From assembly GCA_964494045.1 (NCBI GenBank), contig CAZBQM010000001.1:24590-88589 (forward strand): 64,000 nt of DNA, written 5' to 3'. Made by a program: the position numbers and the translations under genes. Under the pieces are notes generated by a model, which saw only the letters and a program-made list of their open reading frames with translations, was not told the origin of the DNA and searched no databases. Positions within the stretch are counted from its first letter, which is position 1. The number at the start of each line of letters is the position of its first letter. This DNA comes from an uncultured Rikenellaceae bacterium. Its GTDB lineage: Bacteria > Bacteroidota > Bacteroidia > Bacteroidales > VadinHA17. Below are positions 18,167 to 27,572 of the stretch, one piece after another.

Positions 18167-20458
18167 ATGATTAGTAGCATTTTTTGGATCGTCCCGATCT
18201 CGGGCCTTGTGGCGTTACTGTTTGCCTGGATCTTTTACAGGAACATGAAGTCACAGGAGGAAGGAACAGACCGGATGAAGGAGATCGCTTTGTATGTCAG
18301 AGAAGGCGCAATGGCCTATCTGCGCCGCCAGTACTCGGTGGTAATAAAGGTCTTCCTTGTATTGGTTGTTCTTCTTGCCATTCTGGCTTATTTTGGAATT
18401 CAGAATCCCTTTGTTCCTGTTGCCTTTCTTACCGGTGGTTTCTTTTCCGGTCTTTGCGGCTATCTGGGAATGAAGACGGCTACCTTTTCTTCGAACAGAA
18501 CAGCATGGGCTGCTTCAAAGTCGTTGAACAAAGGTCTGCAGGTTGCTTTAAGGAGCGGCGCTGTTATGGGTCTTGTAGTCGTTGGTTTCGGACTGCTTGA
18601 CATCGCCCTCTGGTTTCTTATTCTTAACGGACTTGTGTTTACTCCCGAAAATATGAATACGGGTTTACACTTCCTTGGACTTACTTTTGTCCAGCCCGGT
18701 ACCACAGAACATGGGAAGCTTATCGAGATCACTGCCATTATGCTTACTTTTGGTATGGGTGCATCAACACAGGCTCTTTTTGCCCGTGTTGGTGGCGGAA
18801 TTTTCACGAAAGCTGCTGACGTAGGTGCTGACCTTGTTGGTAAGGTTGAAGCCGGAATTCCCGAGGATGATCCCCGTAACCCTGCTACAATTGCTGATAA
18901 CGTTGGTGACAACGTAGGTGACGTTGCCGGTATGGGTGCCGACCTGTATGAGTCATATGCCGGTTCCATCCTTGCCACAGCCGCTCTTGGTGCTGCCTTG
19001 CCAGCAGTTACCGGAGAAACCCAGCTCATGGCTGTCATATCGCCGATGATCGTCTCTGCAGTCGGTATCTTCCTGTCAATAGCAGGTGTTTATTTTGTAA
19101 GGACAAAAGAATCAGCCACGCCAAAGGCACTCCTTAGCGCACTTCTCCTTGGAACGGGAGGTAGCTCGGCCCTCATACTGGTGGTACTTGCAGCTATGGC
19201 ATGGCTCAACTGGATCACCTGGGGTGTTTTCGGTGCCGCTGTTTCAGGTCTTGTTGCCGGTGTAATCATCGGACAGGCGACAGAATATTTCACATCCGAT
19301 GGTAACAAACCCACCCAGGGTATTGCCAAACAGGCCCAGCAGGGCCCGGCAACGGTCATAATAGAAGGTATGGCTGTCGGTATGTTTTCAACATGGATCC
19401 CGATTGTTACTATAGTGGCAGGAATTATTGCAGCTTACGGTTTTGCGGGCGGCTTCTCCAATTTTGCCAACGGAGTTTACGGTATCGGTTTTGCTGCTGT
19501 GGGTATGCTTTCTACACTGGGAATAACCCTTGCAACTGATGCTTTCGGTCCGATAGCTGATAACGCCGGTGGAAACGCTGAGATGTCGGAACTCCCGAAA
19601 GAAGTCAGGGAAAGAACTGATGCTCTCGATGGTCTTGGTAATACAACCGCTGCCACAGGTAAAGGTTTTGCCATCGGGTCGGCTGCTCTTACAGCTCTGG
19701 CACTTATGGCAGCTTATATGGAGGAAGTAAGGCTCTGGCTTGGCCGGCTGATAGATAAAGCACCTGAAGGCTTCAAGCAGATAGGCGACACACTGTTCTA
19801 TAATAATACCGTTCCATCTGTTCAGGACGGACAGGTAGCGATTAACATAACATCAGCAACTGTCAGGGATTTTGCTTCTGCCTACGATCTGTCACTGCTC
19901 AACCCGGTTCTTCTTGGCGGTGTGTTTATCGGTGCAATGATGGCATTCCTTTTCAGTGCCATGAGTATGAAAGCAGTCGGACGTGCTGCAGGTAAGATGG
20001 TTGAGGAGGTTCGCCGGCAGTTCCGTGAAATTCCCGGTATCATGGAAGGTAAAGCAAAACCTGAATATGCCAAATGTGTTGAGATCTCAACTGCAGGAGC
20101 CCAGAGTGAAATGCTTGTTCCTTCACTTCTGGCCATTGCTGTGCCTCTGGTTATCGGAATCCTGTTCGGGGTGCCAGGTGTTTTGGGACTTCTCGCCGGC
20201 GGACTGACGGCAGGGTTTGTTCTGGCAACCATGCTTAACAATGCCGGTGGCGCATGGGACAATGCCAAGAAATACATTGAGAAAGGCCACTATGGCGGCA
20301 AAAAAAGTGAACCTCACAAAGCATCAGTCGTTGGTGACACTGTGGGTGATCCTTTCAAGGATACATCAGGTCCGGCCCTTAATATTCTTATCAAGCTCAT
20401 GTCGATGGTATCGGTTGTTCTTGCCGGTCTGACTGTAGCTTACAGCATCTTTGGATAA
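18167..20458 (+). CDS. hppA: membrane-bound ion-translocating pyrophosphatase
   Basis: 763 aa, polytopic. Motifs GGGIFTKAADVGADLVGKVE, DNVGDNVGDVAGMGADL and GDTVGDPFKDTSGP. Confidence 0.96.
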   Translation: MISSIFWIVPISGLVALLFAWIFYRNMKSQEEGTDRMKEIALYVREGAMAYLRRQYSVVIKVFLVLVVLLAILAYFGIQNPFVPVAFLTGGFFSGLCGYLGMKTATFSSNRTAWAASKSLNKGLQVALRSGAVMGLVVVGFGLLDIALWFLILNGLVFTPENMNTGLHFLGLTFVQPGTTEHGKLIEITAIMLTFGMGASTQALFARVGGGIFTKAADVGADLVGKVEAGIPEDDPRNPATIADNVGDNVGDVAGMGADLYESYAGSILATAALGAALPAVTGETQLMAVISPMIVSAVGIFLSIAGVYFVRTKESATPKALLSALLLGTGGSSALILVVLAAMAWLNWITWGVFGAAVSGLVAGVIIGQATEYFTSDGNKPTQGIAKQAQQGPATVIIEGMAVGMFSTWIPIVTIVAGIIAAYGFAGGFSNFANGVYGIGFAAVGMLSTLGITLATDAFGPIADNAGGNAEMSELPKEVRERTDALDGLGNTTAATGKGFAIGSAALTALALMAAYMEEVRLWLGRLIDKAPEGFKQIGDTLFYNNTVPSVQDGQVAINITSATVRDFASAYDLSLLNPVLLGGVFIGAMMAFLFSAMSMKAVGRAAGKMVEEVRRQFREIPGIMEGKAKPEYAKCVEISTAGAQSEMLVPSLLAIAVPLVIGILFGVPGVLGLLAGGLTAGFVLATMLNNAGGAWDNAKKYIEKGHYGGKKSEPHKASVVGDTVGDPFKDTSGPALNILIKLMSMVSVVLAGLTVAYSIFG

Positions 20459-20488
20459 TATCCCGGATAATACCTTATTCAGATAAAA

Positions 20489-20523
20489 AAGCCGCCCTGA
20501 GAAAACCGGGGCGGCTTCTTTTT
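20489..20523 (+). terminator. intrinsic terminator of hppA
   Basis: AAGCCGCCC (20489-20497) pairs with GGGCGGCTT (20509-20517), followed by CTTTTTATTT. Confidence 0.75.
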
Positions 20524-20568
20524 ATTTCCGGGAACCTTTCATTTTGTGGAATGATCTGGGTATTAAAC

Positions 20569-20677
20569 TTTCCCCTGACTCAGGAGGGCGGGGTGGTATG
20601 TTATGAAGCCCAATTTGTGCTAAGACATACCACCCCCCGGCTCCTGCGTCGCCGGACCCCTGGCTCAGGAGGGGAAA
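20569..20677. other. GC-rich structured island (candidate ncRNA, cis-regulatory element or repeat)
   Basis: Perfect 12-bp stem GGGGTGGTATGT (20590-20601) / ACATACCACCCC (20625-20636). Closing helix TTTCCCC (20569-75) / GGGGAAA (20671-77). Second hairpin CCGGC (20637-41) / GCCGG (20651-55). A 17-nt direct repeat CCCCTG[A/G]CTCAGGAGGG occurs at 20572-88 and 20657-73. Confidence 0.3.
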
Positions 20678-20814
20678 CTTACACCAGAGGCCTTCTCCCC
20701 ATCCTGAATCTGATCCAACTGTTTTTCGGATTGATCCATGATCTGCTTATTTTCGGCCCGGTGCAATATGAACGATGAAGATTTGTTTATTTTTATAATT
20801 GAAAAATCAACCCG

Positions 20815-21759
20815 ATGAATTTACCGTCAGAAGCAGATATCAGAGCCGCCCACCGGAGAATTGAGCGGTTCATTCACCATACCCCTGTGATGACCTCACA
20901 GCAGATAAATGGTATCCTTGGATGCGGGTTATGGTTCAAATGTGAGAACTTCCAGAAGGTGGGGGCATTCAAATTCAGGGGAGCCACCAATGCAGTTATG
21001 TTGCTGGATGAGAAACAGAAGACAAACGGAGTTGTGACACATTCATCGGGTAACCATGCTGCAGCCCTGTCACTGGCTTCATCCATGGATGGGATAACGT
21101 CATATATTGTAATGCCTGAGAATGCCCCTGAGGTTAAAAAAAAGGCAGTTGCCGGGTATGGTGCAGCAATAACCTTCTGCGAGCCAACTCTTAAAGCAAG
21201 GGAGGAGACCTGCCGGCACATCATGGAAGAGAAGGGAGCCGTGCTTATCCATCCATATGACAACTTCAACGTTATTTGTGGTCAGGGGACCGCTGCCCTG
21301 GAATTGATGGAAGAGGTTGAAGACCTCGACATCATTGTCGCCCCAATAGGGGGCGGAGGATTGATGAGCGGAGTTTCAACCATTGCCAAAGCCATCAAAC
21401 CTGGAATAAAAGTGATTGGTGCTGAGCCGCTTAATGCAAATGATGCCTGGCAGTCGTTAAGAACCGGTCACATCATACCTTCCGTCAATCCAAAAACAGT
21501 GGCCGACGGCTTGCTGACCACGCTCAGCGACCTGACCTTTTCGGTCATAAGCAGGAATGTTGATCAGATACTTACAGCCAGGGAGGAAACCATTATTGAG
21601 GCCATGCTGCTTGTATGGGAAAGGATGAAGATAATTATTGAACCCTCATCAGCAACCGTCGTGGCAGTGATCATGGAGAATCCGGAACTATTCAGGAATA
21701 TGAAGACCGGTCTGATAATTTCAGGCGGGAATGTGGATTTCAGAAGACTGCCATTTTAG
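20815..21759 (+). CDS. PLP-dependent serine/threonine dehydratase / serine racemase family enzyme
   Basis: 314 aa. PLP-lysine motif KCENFQKVGAFKFRGA, SSGNHA, and glycine loop PIGGGGLMSG. Confidence 0.85.
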   Translation: MNLPSEADIRAAHRRIERFIHHTPVMTSQQINGILGCGLWFKCENFQKVGAFKFRGATNAVMLLDEKQKTNGVVTHSSGNHAAALSLASSMDGITSYIVMPENAPEVKKKAVAGYGAAITFCEPTLKAREETCRHIMEEKGAVLIHPYDNFNVICGQGTAALELMEEVEDLDIIVAPIGGGGLMSGVSTIAKAIKPGIKVIGAEPLNANDAWQSLRTGHIIPSVNPKTVADGLLTTLSDLTFSVISRNVDQILTAREETIIEAMLLVWERMKIIIEPSSATVVAVIMENPELFRNMKTGLIISGGNVDFRRLPF

Positions 21760-22838
21760 TCGGGCCAACCGAGCCAGGCGACAATAGGATAATGGTCAGA
21801 ATACTTTAGTTTTTTTATCTCAAAGGATTTACATTTAAAGAAATCACTGTAAAGAATATAGTCAATCCTGTTGGGCGGATATTTGCCCTTGTATGTGAAT
21901 CCTGCCCCGTAACCGGAGGTGACAAAAGAATCTTTCAGACCCCTGCGGATCTTTCTGTAAGCATATGAGACGGGTGTGTCATTAAAATCGCCCACCACAA
22001 TGACAGGCCAGGGGGAGGAGTTTATATGATCCTTAAGGACACCTGCCTGGGCAGCTCTCTTTATGAAACCCTGACTGAGGCTTCCGGAGATGTTTAGAAT
22101 ATTGTCAAGGGTCTCCTGGTTATCACCTGCTGTTATCTCATGAAGAAGGGAACTCTTCATGCTTCTGAGCCTGAAAGACTGCAGGTGGTTGTTGTAGATC
22201 CTTATTGTATCATTACCGGCAATTACATCTGTATAAACCGAGAGACCTGCCGACCCGGGGTGTATGATCTCACCCCGCGATATCACAGGGAACCTGCTTA
22301 GGGTGACAATACCTGTATAACGTTCTCTTCCGGCTGTAAGAACCTTCATGTGTATTTTGTACTTTCCTCCGAAGGCTGCCCTGATCTCTGATTCCTTTTT
22401 TGCCGGAGACCCTGAGAAATAGAGCTCCTGCAGGCAGATAATATCGGGTTGCTGTTTCTTAAGGAAGTCAATAATCGGTTTCTCTGAGTTGCCCGGCTTC
22501 TTTGTTGCCAGGTTATTAAAAAGATGCACATTATAACTTACGATCTCTATGGTTCCGCTTTTGTCCGTTCCGGGTTTTTTTATCTTGACGTAGTTGGAAA
22601 GGTGCGTCGAACCAATAATGATGACTGCAAGGGAGATAAGGGCTTCGGGCCTGAGTTTCACAGCCCATATTAACATAAAAATAAGGTTGAGGAACAGAAG
22701 ATATGGAAAGGCCAGTCCGAAAAAGGCCGGGATTACAGTGACCGCCGGGTTGATATGGACCGAAAGAAATGAAAGGAGGAGTGCTGCCACCACCAGCAGG
22801 TTGATTATAAGCAGGAGTTTGTAGAGTAATCTTTTCAT
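21756..22838 (-). CDS. membrane-anchored endonuclease/exonuclease/phosphatase (EEP) family protein
   Basis: 360 aa. Three N-terminal TM helices, then EEP motifs (IVSYNV, CLQE, VVGDFNDTP, SDHYP). Its stop interdigitates with the stop of the convergent gene (4-nt overlap). Confidence 0.8.
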   Translation of the reverse strand: MKRLLYKLLLIINLLVVAALLLSFLSVHINPAVTVIPAFFGLAFPYLLFLNLIFMLIWAVKLRPEALISLAVIIIGSTHLSNYVKIKKPGTDKSGTIEIVSYNVHLFNNLATKKPGNSEKPIIDFLKKQQPDIICLQELYFSGSPAKKESEIRAAFGGKYKIHMKVLTAGRERYTGIVTLSRFPVISRGEIIHPGSAGLSVYTDVIAGNDTIRIYNNHLQSFRLRSMKSSLLHEITAGDNQETLDNILNISGSLSQGFIKRAAQAGVLKDHINSSPWPVIVVGDFNDTPVSYAYRKIRRGLKDSFVTSGYGAGFTYKGKYPPNRIDYILYSDFFKCKSFEIKKLKYSDHYPIVAWLGWPD

Positions 22839-22951
22839 TTCTTCGCACTAGAACGAGCTAAGATATAAGCTATTGTAATAAAACACTTTATGTATGGTAA
22901 ATTTTTTGACCAGAGTTCCTGAAAAGAGGTCGAACGTGTAAAACCTGATGG

Positions 22952-23845
22952 CTAATTTTTTTTCTGGCTTTCGCGAAACAGCAGGTCTTTTTCCTCTTTT
23001 GTAAGGCTCTCATAACCTCCCTTTGATATTTTATCAAGAATGGCATTTATCCTGTTCTGGTGATCTGCCTTCTGTTTGTTATAATCGCGATCGTTAACAG
23101 GTTTCTTGTATGTGACTTTCATTTTCTTTCTCTTTCCAGGTTTGAACAAAGTCACGACACTGTCAATTATCAGGTTGACCCATTTCCCCAGATCCCTGCC
23201 CTTCCTCAGGTTCATTGAATACATGTAGCCGAATACGGCTCCGCCTATATGTGCTATCTTGCCTCCTGAGTTTATGGAGAAGTCCATGAAAGAGGTGAGT
23301 ATAAAGATAGCCAGGGCCATATATTTTATCTTAATCCTACCCAGTAGCAGCAGGTTTACCGTGTAGTCGGGAACATAAGCAGCAATTGCTATCACCACGG
23401 CCATTACCGAGGCCGAGGCTCCGATTGCTGATGAATCGGCTACCATCCCGGTAAAGACAGGGAAAACATTGAACGATACTATATAAAGAATTGCTCCGCA
23501 AATACCTCCGAGCAGGTACACGGCGACCAGCTTTTTCTGACCTATATACTGCAGAAAGATTGTACCGAACCAGTAGAACCACAGCATATTGAACAGGATA
23601 TGCCAGATGTCTTTATGGGTGAACATATAGGTCAACAGGGTCCAGGGTCTCCGGAGAAGTGCCTCCAGTGAGGCCGGTACTGAAAAGATGTTTACGGTCC
23701 CGGCTGCCAGTCCCTGGTTATTAAGAAGATATCCTGCAATGGCAACTATAGTCAGGAAGATGAAAACGGCGATGTTAATTATGATAAGCCTGATAAGATA
23801 GCTGCCATTCGAGAATGTCCGTTTTATTTCGTCCCAGATTCCCAT
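22952..23845 (-). CDS. rhomboid family intramembrane serine protease
   Basis: 297 aa. HxxxxHxxxN (HKDIWHILFNM), GASAS serine motif, AHIGG histidine motif, and a basic C-terminal tail. Confidence 0.8.
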   Translation of the reverse strand: MGIWDEIKRTFSNGSYLIRLIIINIAVFIFLTIVAIAGYLLNNQGLAAGTVNIFSVPASLEALLRRPWTLLTYMFTHKDIWHILFNMLWFYWFGTIFLQYIGQKKLVAVYLLGGICGAILYIVSFNVFPVFTGMVADSSAIGASASVMAVVIAIAAYVPDYTVNLLLLGRIKIKYMALAIFILTSFMDFSINSGGKIAHIGGAVFGYMYSMNLRKGRDLGKWVNLIIDSVVTLFKPGKRKKMKVTYKKPVNDRDYNKQKADHQNRINAILDKISKGGYESLTKEEKDLLFRESQKKN

Positions 23846-24588
23846 CAGTAAAGAGTATTAGTTGTCTTCCTCCAGTAACGGATAAGCATATAGCCGAACA
23901 GCATACCTCCAAGGTGAGCAGCATGTGCAATATTGCTTCCGGGCTGGGCAAAGGCCAGGTAGAGTTCAAGAGCACCGTAAGCAAGTACAAAATACTTGGC
24001 CTTTATAGGCATCGGGGGGATGAGCAGCATAAGCTGGGTATTTGGGAAAAGGACCCCGAATGCAAGCAGAACACCGAATATAGCTCCTGAAGCACCTACT
24101 GTGGGGACATTCAGAAGCATCTGCAGGTTCTTCATTTGCTCATCGGCAAAGACCCTGCCTTCATTGAAATATGCAGTGCCATCATTCAGAACCAGTTGAA
24201 GCTGGTCGGGACTGAGTGATCCGACAAGTTTGGTATACTGGATGGCTATAACTGATTCATGGACCAGGGCGGCTCCAAGTCCACAGACCATATAGTATAC
24301 AAAAAATCTCTTTGGTCCCCATACATTCTCAAGGATACCCCCGAACATATAAAGGGCATACATATTAAAAAACAGATGCATCAATCCTCCGTGCATGAAC
24401 ATATGAGTGATGATCTGGAGAGGCATGAAGTGTTCCGACTTTGGAAAATAAAGCCCCAGAATTCCTGTAAGGTCAACCCCCATTATATTGTTCAACGCAA
24501 AGGTGGCAATAAGCATCAGCACGTTAATCAATATAATGTTCTTGACAACAGGCGGCAACCCCATCAATCCTCTTCTGTATCCGTTCAT
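23845..24588 (-). CDS. rhomboid family intramembrane serine protease
   Basis: 247 aa. HMFMHGGLMHLFFNM, catalytic GASGAIFG and AHLGG. Its stop overlaps the next start by 1 nt (TGATG). Confidence 0.88.
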   Translation of the reverse strand: MNGYRRGLMGLPPVVKNIILINVLMLIATFALNNIMGVDLTGILGLYFPKSEHFMPLQIITHMFMHGGLMHLFFNMYALYMFGGILENVWGPKRFFVYYMVCGLGAALVHESVIAIQYTKLVGSLSPDQLQLVLNDGTAYFNEGRVFADEQMKNLQMLLNVPTVGASGAIFGVLLAFGVLFPNTQLMLLIPPMPIKAKYFVLAYGALELYLAFAQPGSNIAHAAHLGGMLFGYMLIRYWRKTTNTLY

Positions 24589-24672
24589 CTCAGTATCTGT
24601 TTATGGTCATAGTGTCTATATTGCCGTGCAAATTAATTATTAGGGTTTAATCCGGCAACCTGTATTTTAATA

Positions 24673-26481
24673 TTATTGAAATCTTTTATCAATTTCCCCG
24701 AGAGTCAGAATGTTAATAACCGGTTTACCTTTTGGAGAATAATTTGGTGAAGCGCATGCGAAAAGTGTATCGAAGAGTTCTTCCATCTCGATGATCGAAA
24801 GGGGTTTCCCATAAGGGATGGCCATGGCTCCCGAGACAGCAACAGCAATCTTCTCATACAGGCTTTTCGATGGATCCGACTGTGTGTTCTTAAATTCTTC
24901 TATAATAATGTCGAGCAGGGTGGCAGGTTCTCCGGTCCCTTCAAAGGGTGGAAGTCCTTTAATCACAACAGAGTTGTCGTCACTGAATTCAATATTGAAG
25001 CCCATGGCGGATATTTCCTTCTCTATATCCCTGAGCACACAGATATCGGCCGGATTAAGGTTTACCTTCACCGGGAAAAGGCTTACCTGGCTCGAAACGT
25101 GCGGAGTGTCGGGAAGGGAAAGGAAGCGTTCAAAAAGTATTCTTTCGTGGGCTCTTTTCTGATCGATGATCATCATTCCCGATTTAACCGGGCAGGCAAT
25201 ATATTTGTTCCGGATCTGGAAAAATTTCCTGTTGTGTTCCGCCTCGCCGGGTTTCACAGGCATGTCAGCCGTATCCTTTTCAAGACCCTGGTATAGCCTT
25301 TCCCATCCGTTGGCCGGGGCATTCTCAAACCTGTTTATAAATGATGCCTGTGTAAAATCATTTTCTTCCCCGGCGAAGGGATTGTATCCCGCATTTACAG
25401 GTATCTCCGGAGGACCTGGTATTCCCATCCCAGCAGGTATGACAGGGATATCAATAATCCCCTCATTGTCAAAATCAAGGGAAGGAACTATGTTGAATCT
25501 TCCAAGGGCCTCCCTTACCGATGCCATAAGTATCTGCCAGATGGCTCTTTCGTCTTCGAACTTAATTTCGGTTTTGGTAGGGTGGATGTTTATGTCAATT
25601 GAAGCCGGATCGGTCTCGAGGTAAATGAAATAGGAGGGGATGGAATCGGGAGGAAGGATATTCTGGTAAGCTTCGGCTACCGCCTTGTGAAAATACGGAT
25701 GTTTCATAAAGCGGTCGTTAACGAAAAAGAACTGTTCGCCAAAGGTCTTCCTGGCATTTTCGGGTTTGCCGATGAAGCCCTTTATCTTCACAAGGGTAGT
25801 CTCTGTATCGAGGGCGATCAGATCGTTGGTCATCTGCCTGCCAAAAACCCCGATGATCCTCTGCCTGTAGTTACCTTTTGGAAGGTTATACACTTCACTA
25901 TCATTATGATACAGAAAAAACTTTATTCCCGGATGGGCCAGAACAACTTTCTGGAATTCGGTTATTATATGCCTTGTCTCAGTGTTATCCGACTTAAGGA
26001 ATTTCCTTCGGGCAGGTATGTTAAAGAAGAGATTCTTGACCGAGAAGCCCGTTCCGGCCGGGCAGCTGCATGGTTCCTGAACCTCCACCTTTGAACCATT
26101 TATGACTATCCTGGTGCCGGTTTCGCTTTCAGCGTTCCGTGTCTTAAGCTCTACCATGGCAACAGCGGCAATTGAAGCAAGGGCTTCACCCCTGAACCCT
26201 TTTGTCCTTATTGAAAAAAGATCCTGGGCCGAAGTGATCTTGCTGGTTGAATGTCTTTCGAACGAAAGCCTTGCATCAGTCTCAGACATCCCGCAGCCGT
26301 CATCAGTGACCTGGATCAGCGTTCTTCCCGAATCCTTTATCACCACTGTGATGGTCGAGGCCCCCGAATCAACAGAGTTTTCCATAAGCTCCTTGACAAC
26401 AGATGCCGGCCTCTGAATAACTTCCCCGGCAGCAATCTGGTTTGCTACAGAATCGGGTAATAGTCTGATCAGATCGGCCAT
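24673..26481 (-). CDS. mutL: DNA mismatch repair protein MutL
   Basis: 602 aa with an N-terminal GHKL ATPase (ANQIAAGEVIQRPASVVKELMENSVDSGA, DDGCGM). Confidence 0.95.
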   Translation of the reverse strand: MADLIRLLPDSVANQIAAGEVIQRPASVVKELMENSVDSGASTITVVIKDSGRTLIQVTDDGCGMSETDARLSFERHSTSKITSAQDLFSIRTKGFRGEALASIAAVAMVELKTRNAESETGTRIVINGSKVEVQEPCSCPAGTGFSVKNLFFNIPARRKFLKSDNTETRHIITEFQKVVLAHPGIKFFLYHNDSEVYNLPKGNYRQRIIGVFGRQMTNDLIALDTETTLVKIKGFIGKPENARKTFGEQFFFVNDRFMKHPYFHKAVAEAYQNILPPDSIPSYFIYLETDPASIDINIHPTKTEIKFEDERAIWQILMASVREALGRFNIVPSLDFDNEGIIDIPVIPAGMGIPGPPEIPVNAGYNPFAGEENDFTQASFINRFENAPANGWERLYQGLEKDTADMPVKPGEAEHNRKFFQIRNKYIACPVKSGMMIIDQKRAHERILFERFLSLPDTPHVSSQVSLFPVKVNLNPADICVLRDIEKEISAMGFNIEFSDDNSVVIKGLPPFEGTGEPATLLDIIIEEFKNTQSDPSKSLYEKIAVAVSGAMAIPYGKPLSIIEMEELFDTLFACASPNYSPKGKPVINILTLGEIDKRFQ

Positions 26482-26626
26482 AGGACTTTTATTTACAGGA
26501 GAGTTATCAAAAAGGAAAACCTGTCTTTAAGCTTTCAGACTGCAAATATAAGAATAATTGCCACAGCAGCTTTTTGGCCGCAGGGGGGAAAATCATGATT
26601 GACGCCGGGCCGGATTATATATCAGT

Positions 26627-27520
26627 ATGATTATATTTGTAAAAAAAGCCAGGATGAGAAAATGCTTTGTTCTTCTTCCAGTCATTTCAGTTCTTTTGTT
26701 TGCAGCCTGTTCCAACAGGGAGGGAAAGGACTCCATAAAAGTGATGACATTCAATCTAAGATATGACAATCCGGCCGACAGCCTTAATTCATGGTCCCTC
26801 AGAGCTCCTATCGTCTACAGGTTCATTGACGGTCAGGAGCCGGATGTACTGGGATTGCAGGAAGCTCTCTGGAAGCAGTATGAATATCTCGATACTTTAC
26901 TTACTGCATATGCTTCGGTTGGTGTGGGTCGCGACGATGGTGCAAGAGGAGGTGAGATGAATCCTGTCTTTTACAGGAAGGAGAGGTTTGACCTGATCAG
27001 AAACAAGACCTTCTGGTTATCGGAGAATCCTGATTCTATCGGATCCATAAGCTGGGGGTCGTCTCTCCCGAGGATCGTGACCTGGATGGAGCTGGCCGAC
27101 AAGGTTACCGGTGAGCATTTTTATGTATTTAATACTCATTTTGCCCATGACTCCGATTCGGCAAGGATAATGAGCTCAAGGCTCCTCCTGTCGAGGATTG
27201 ACAGTATTGCCAACGGCTTCCCTTTTATAGTAACAGGCGATTTCAACATGCAGATCTCGGATGAGGGTTACAGTATTCTTACCGGCCCTTACGAGAGTGT
27301 TCCTCTTTTGACCGATACCTATGTAATAAGCGAAAAGAAACATACGGGGCCTGCCTATACCTATAACGGCTTCTCCGATACCACAAGTGCCGGAAGGATA
27401 GACTATATCTTCGTGAGGAACGGGATGAGGGTTCTTAATCAGAAGACCCATATGAAAAAGGAACAGGGAGCCTTTATCTCAGATCATTGGCCGGTATCCA
27501 CCTCAGTGCTGCTCAAGTAA
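26627..27520 (+). CDS. secreted/lipoprotein EEP-family phosphoesterase
   Basis: 297 aa. An alternative start at 26654 (MRKCFVLL...LLFAAC lipobox) is more likely. EEP motifs: MTFNLRYD, LQEA, VTGDFN, SDHWP. Confidence 0.82.
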   Translation: MIIFVKKARMRKCFVLLPVISVLLFAACSNREGKDSIKVMTFNLRYDNPADSLNSWSLRAPIVYRFIDGQEPDVLGLQEALWKQYEYLDTLLTAYASVGVGRDDGARGGEMNPVFYRKERFDLIRNKTFWLSENPDSIGSISWGSSLPRIVTWMELADKVTGEHFYVFNTHFAHDSDSARIMSSRLLLSRIDSIANGFPFIVTGDFNMQISDEGYSILTGPYESVPLLTDTYVISEKKHTGPAYTYNGFSDTTSAGRIDYIFVRNGMRVLNQKTHMKKEQGAFISDHWPVSTSVLLK

Positions 27521-27572
27521 AATCCGGAACCAGACATCAGCTATACTCATAGCCTGGTAACAGAATATGTCG

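Noticed and set aside
18460-19038. 192-aa antisense ORF inside hppA
   Set aside because: It is a shadow ORF with Ala/Pro/Ser/Thr-rich composition, lying opposite a frame with unmistakable pyrophosphatase motifs.
20551-20778. 75-aa plus-strand ORF (and a 24-aa minus-strand mini-ORF at 20665-20739) across the GC-rich island
   Set aside because: Neither has a recognisable motif, and the Arg/Pro/Gly-rich translation is typical of reading through GC-rich hairpins. The region is better described as structured non-coding DNA/RNA, though a small protein cannot be excluded without conservation data.
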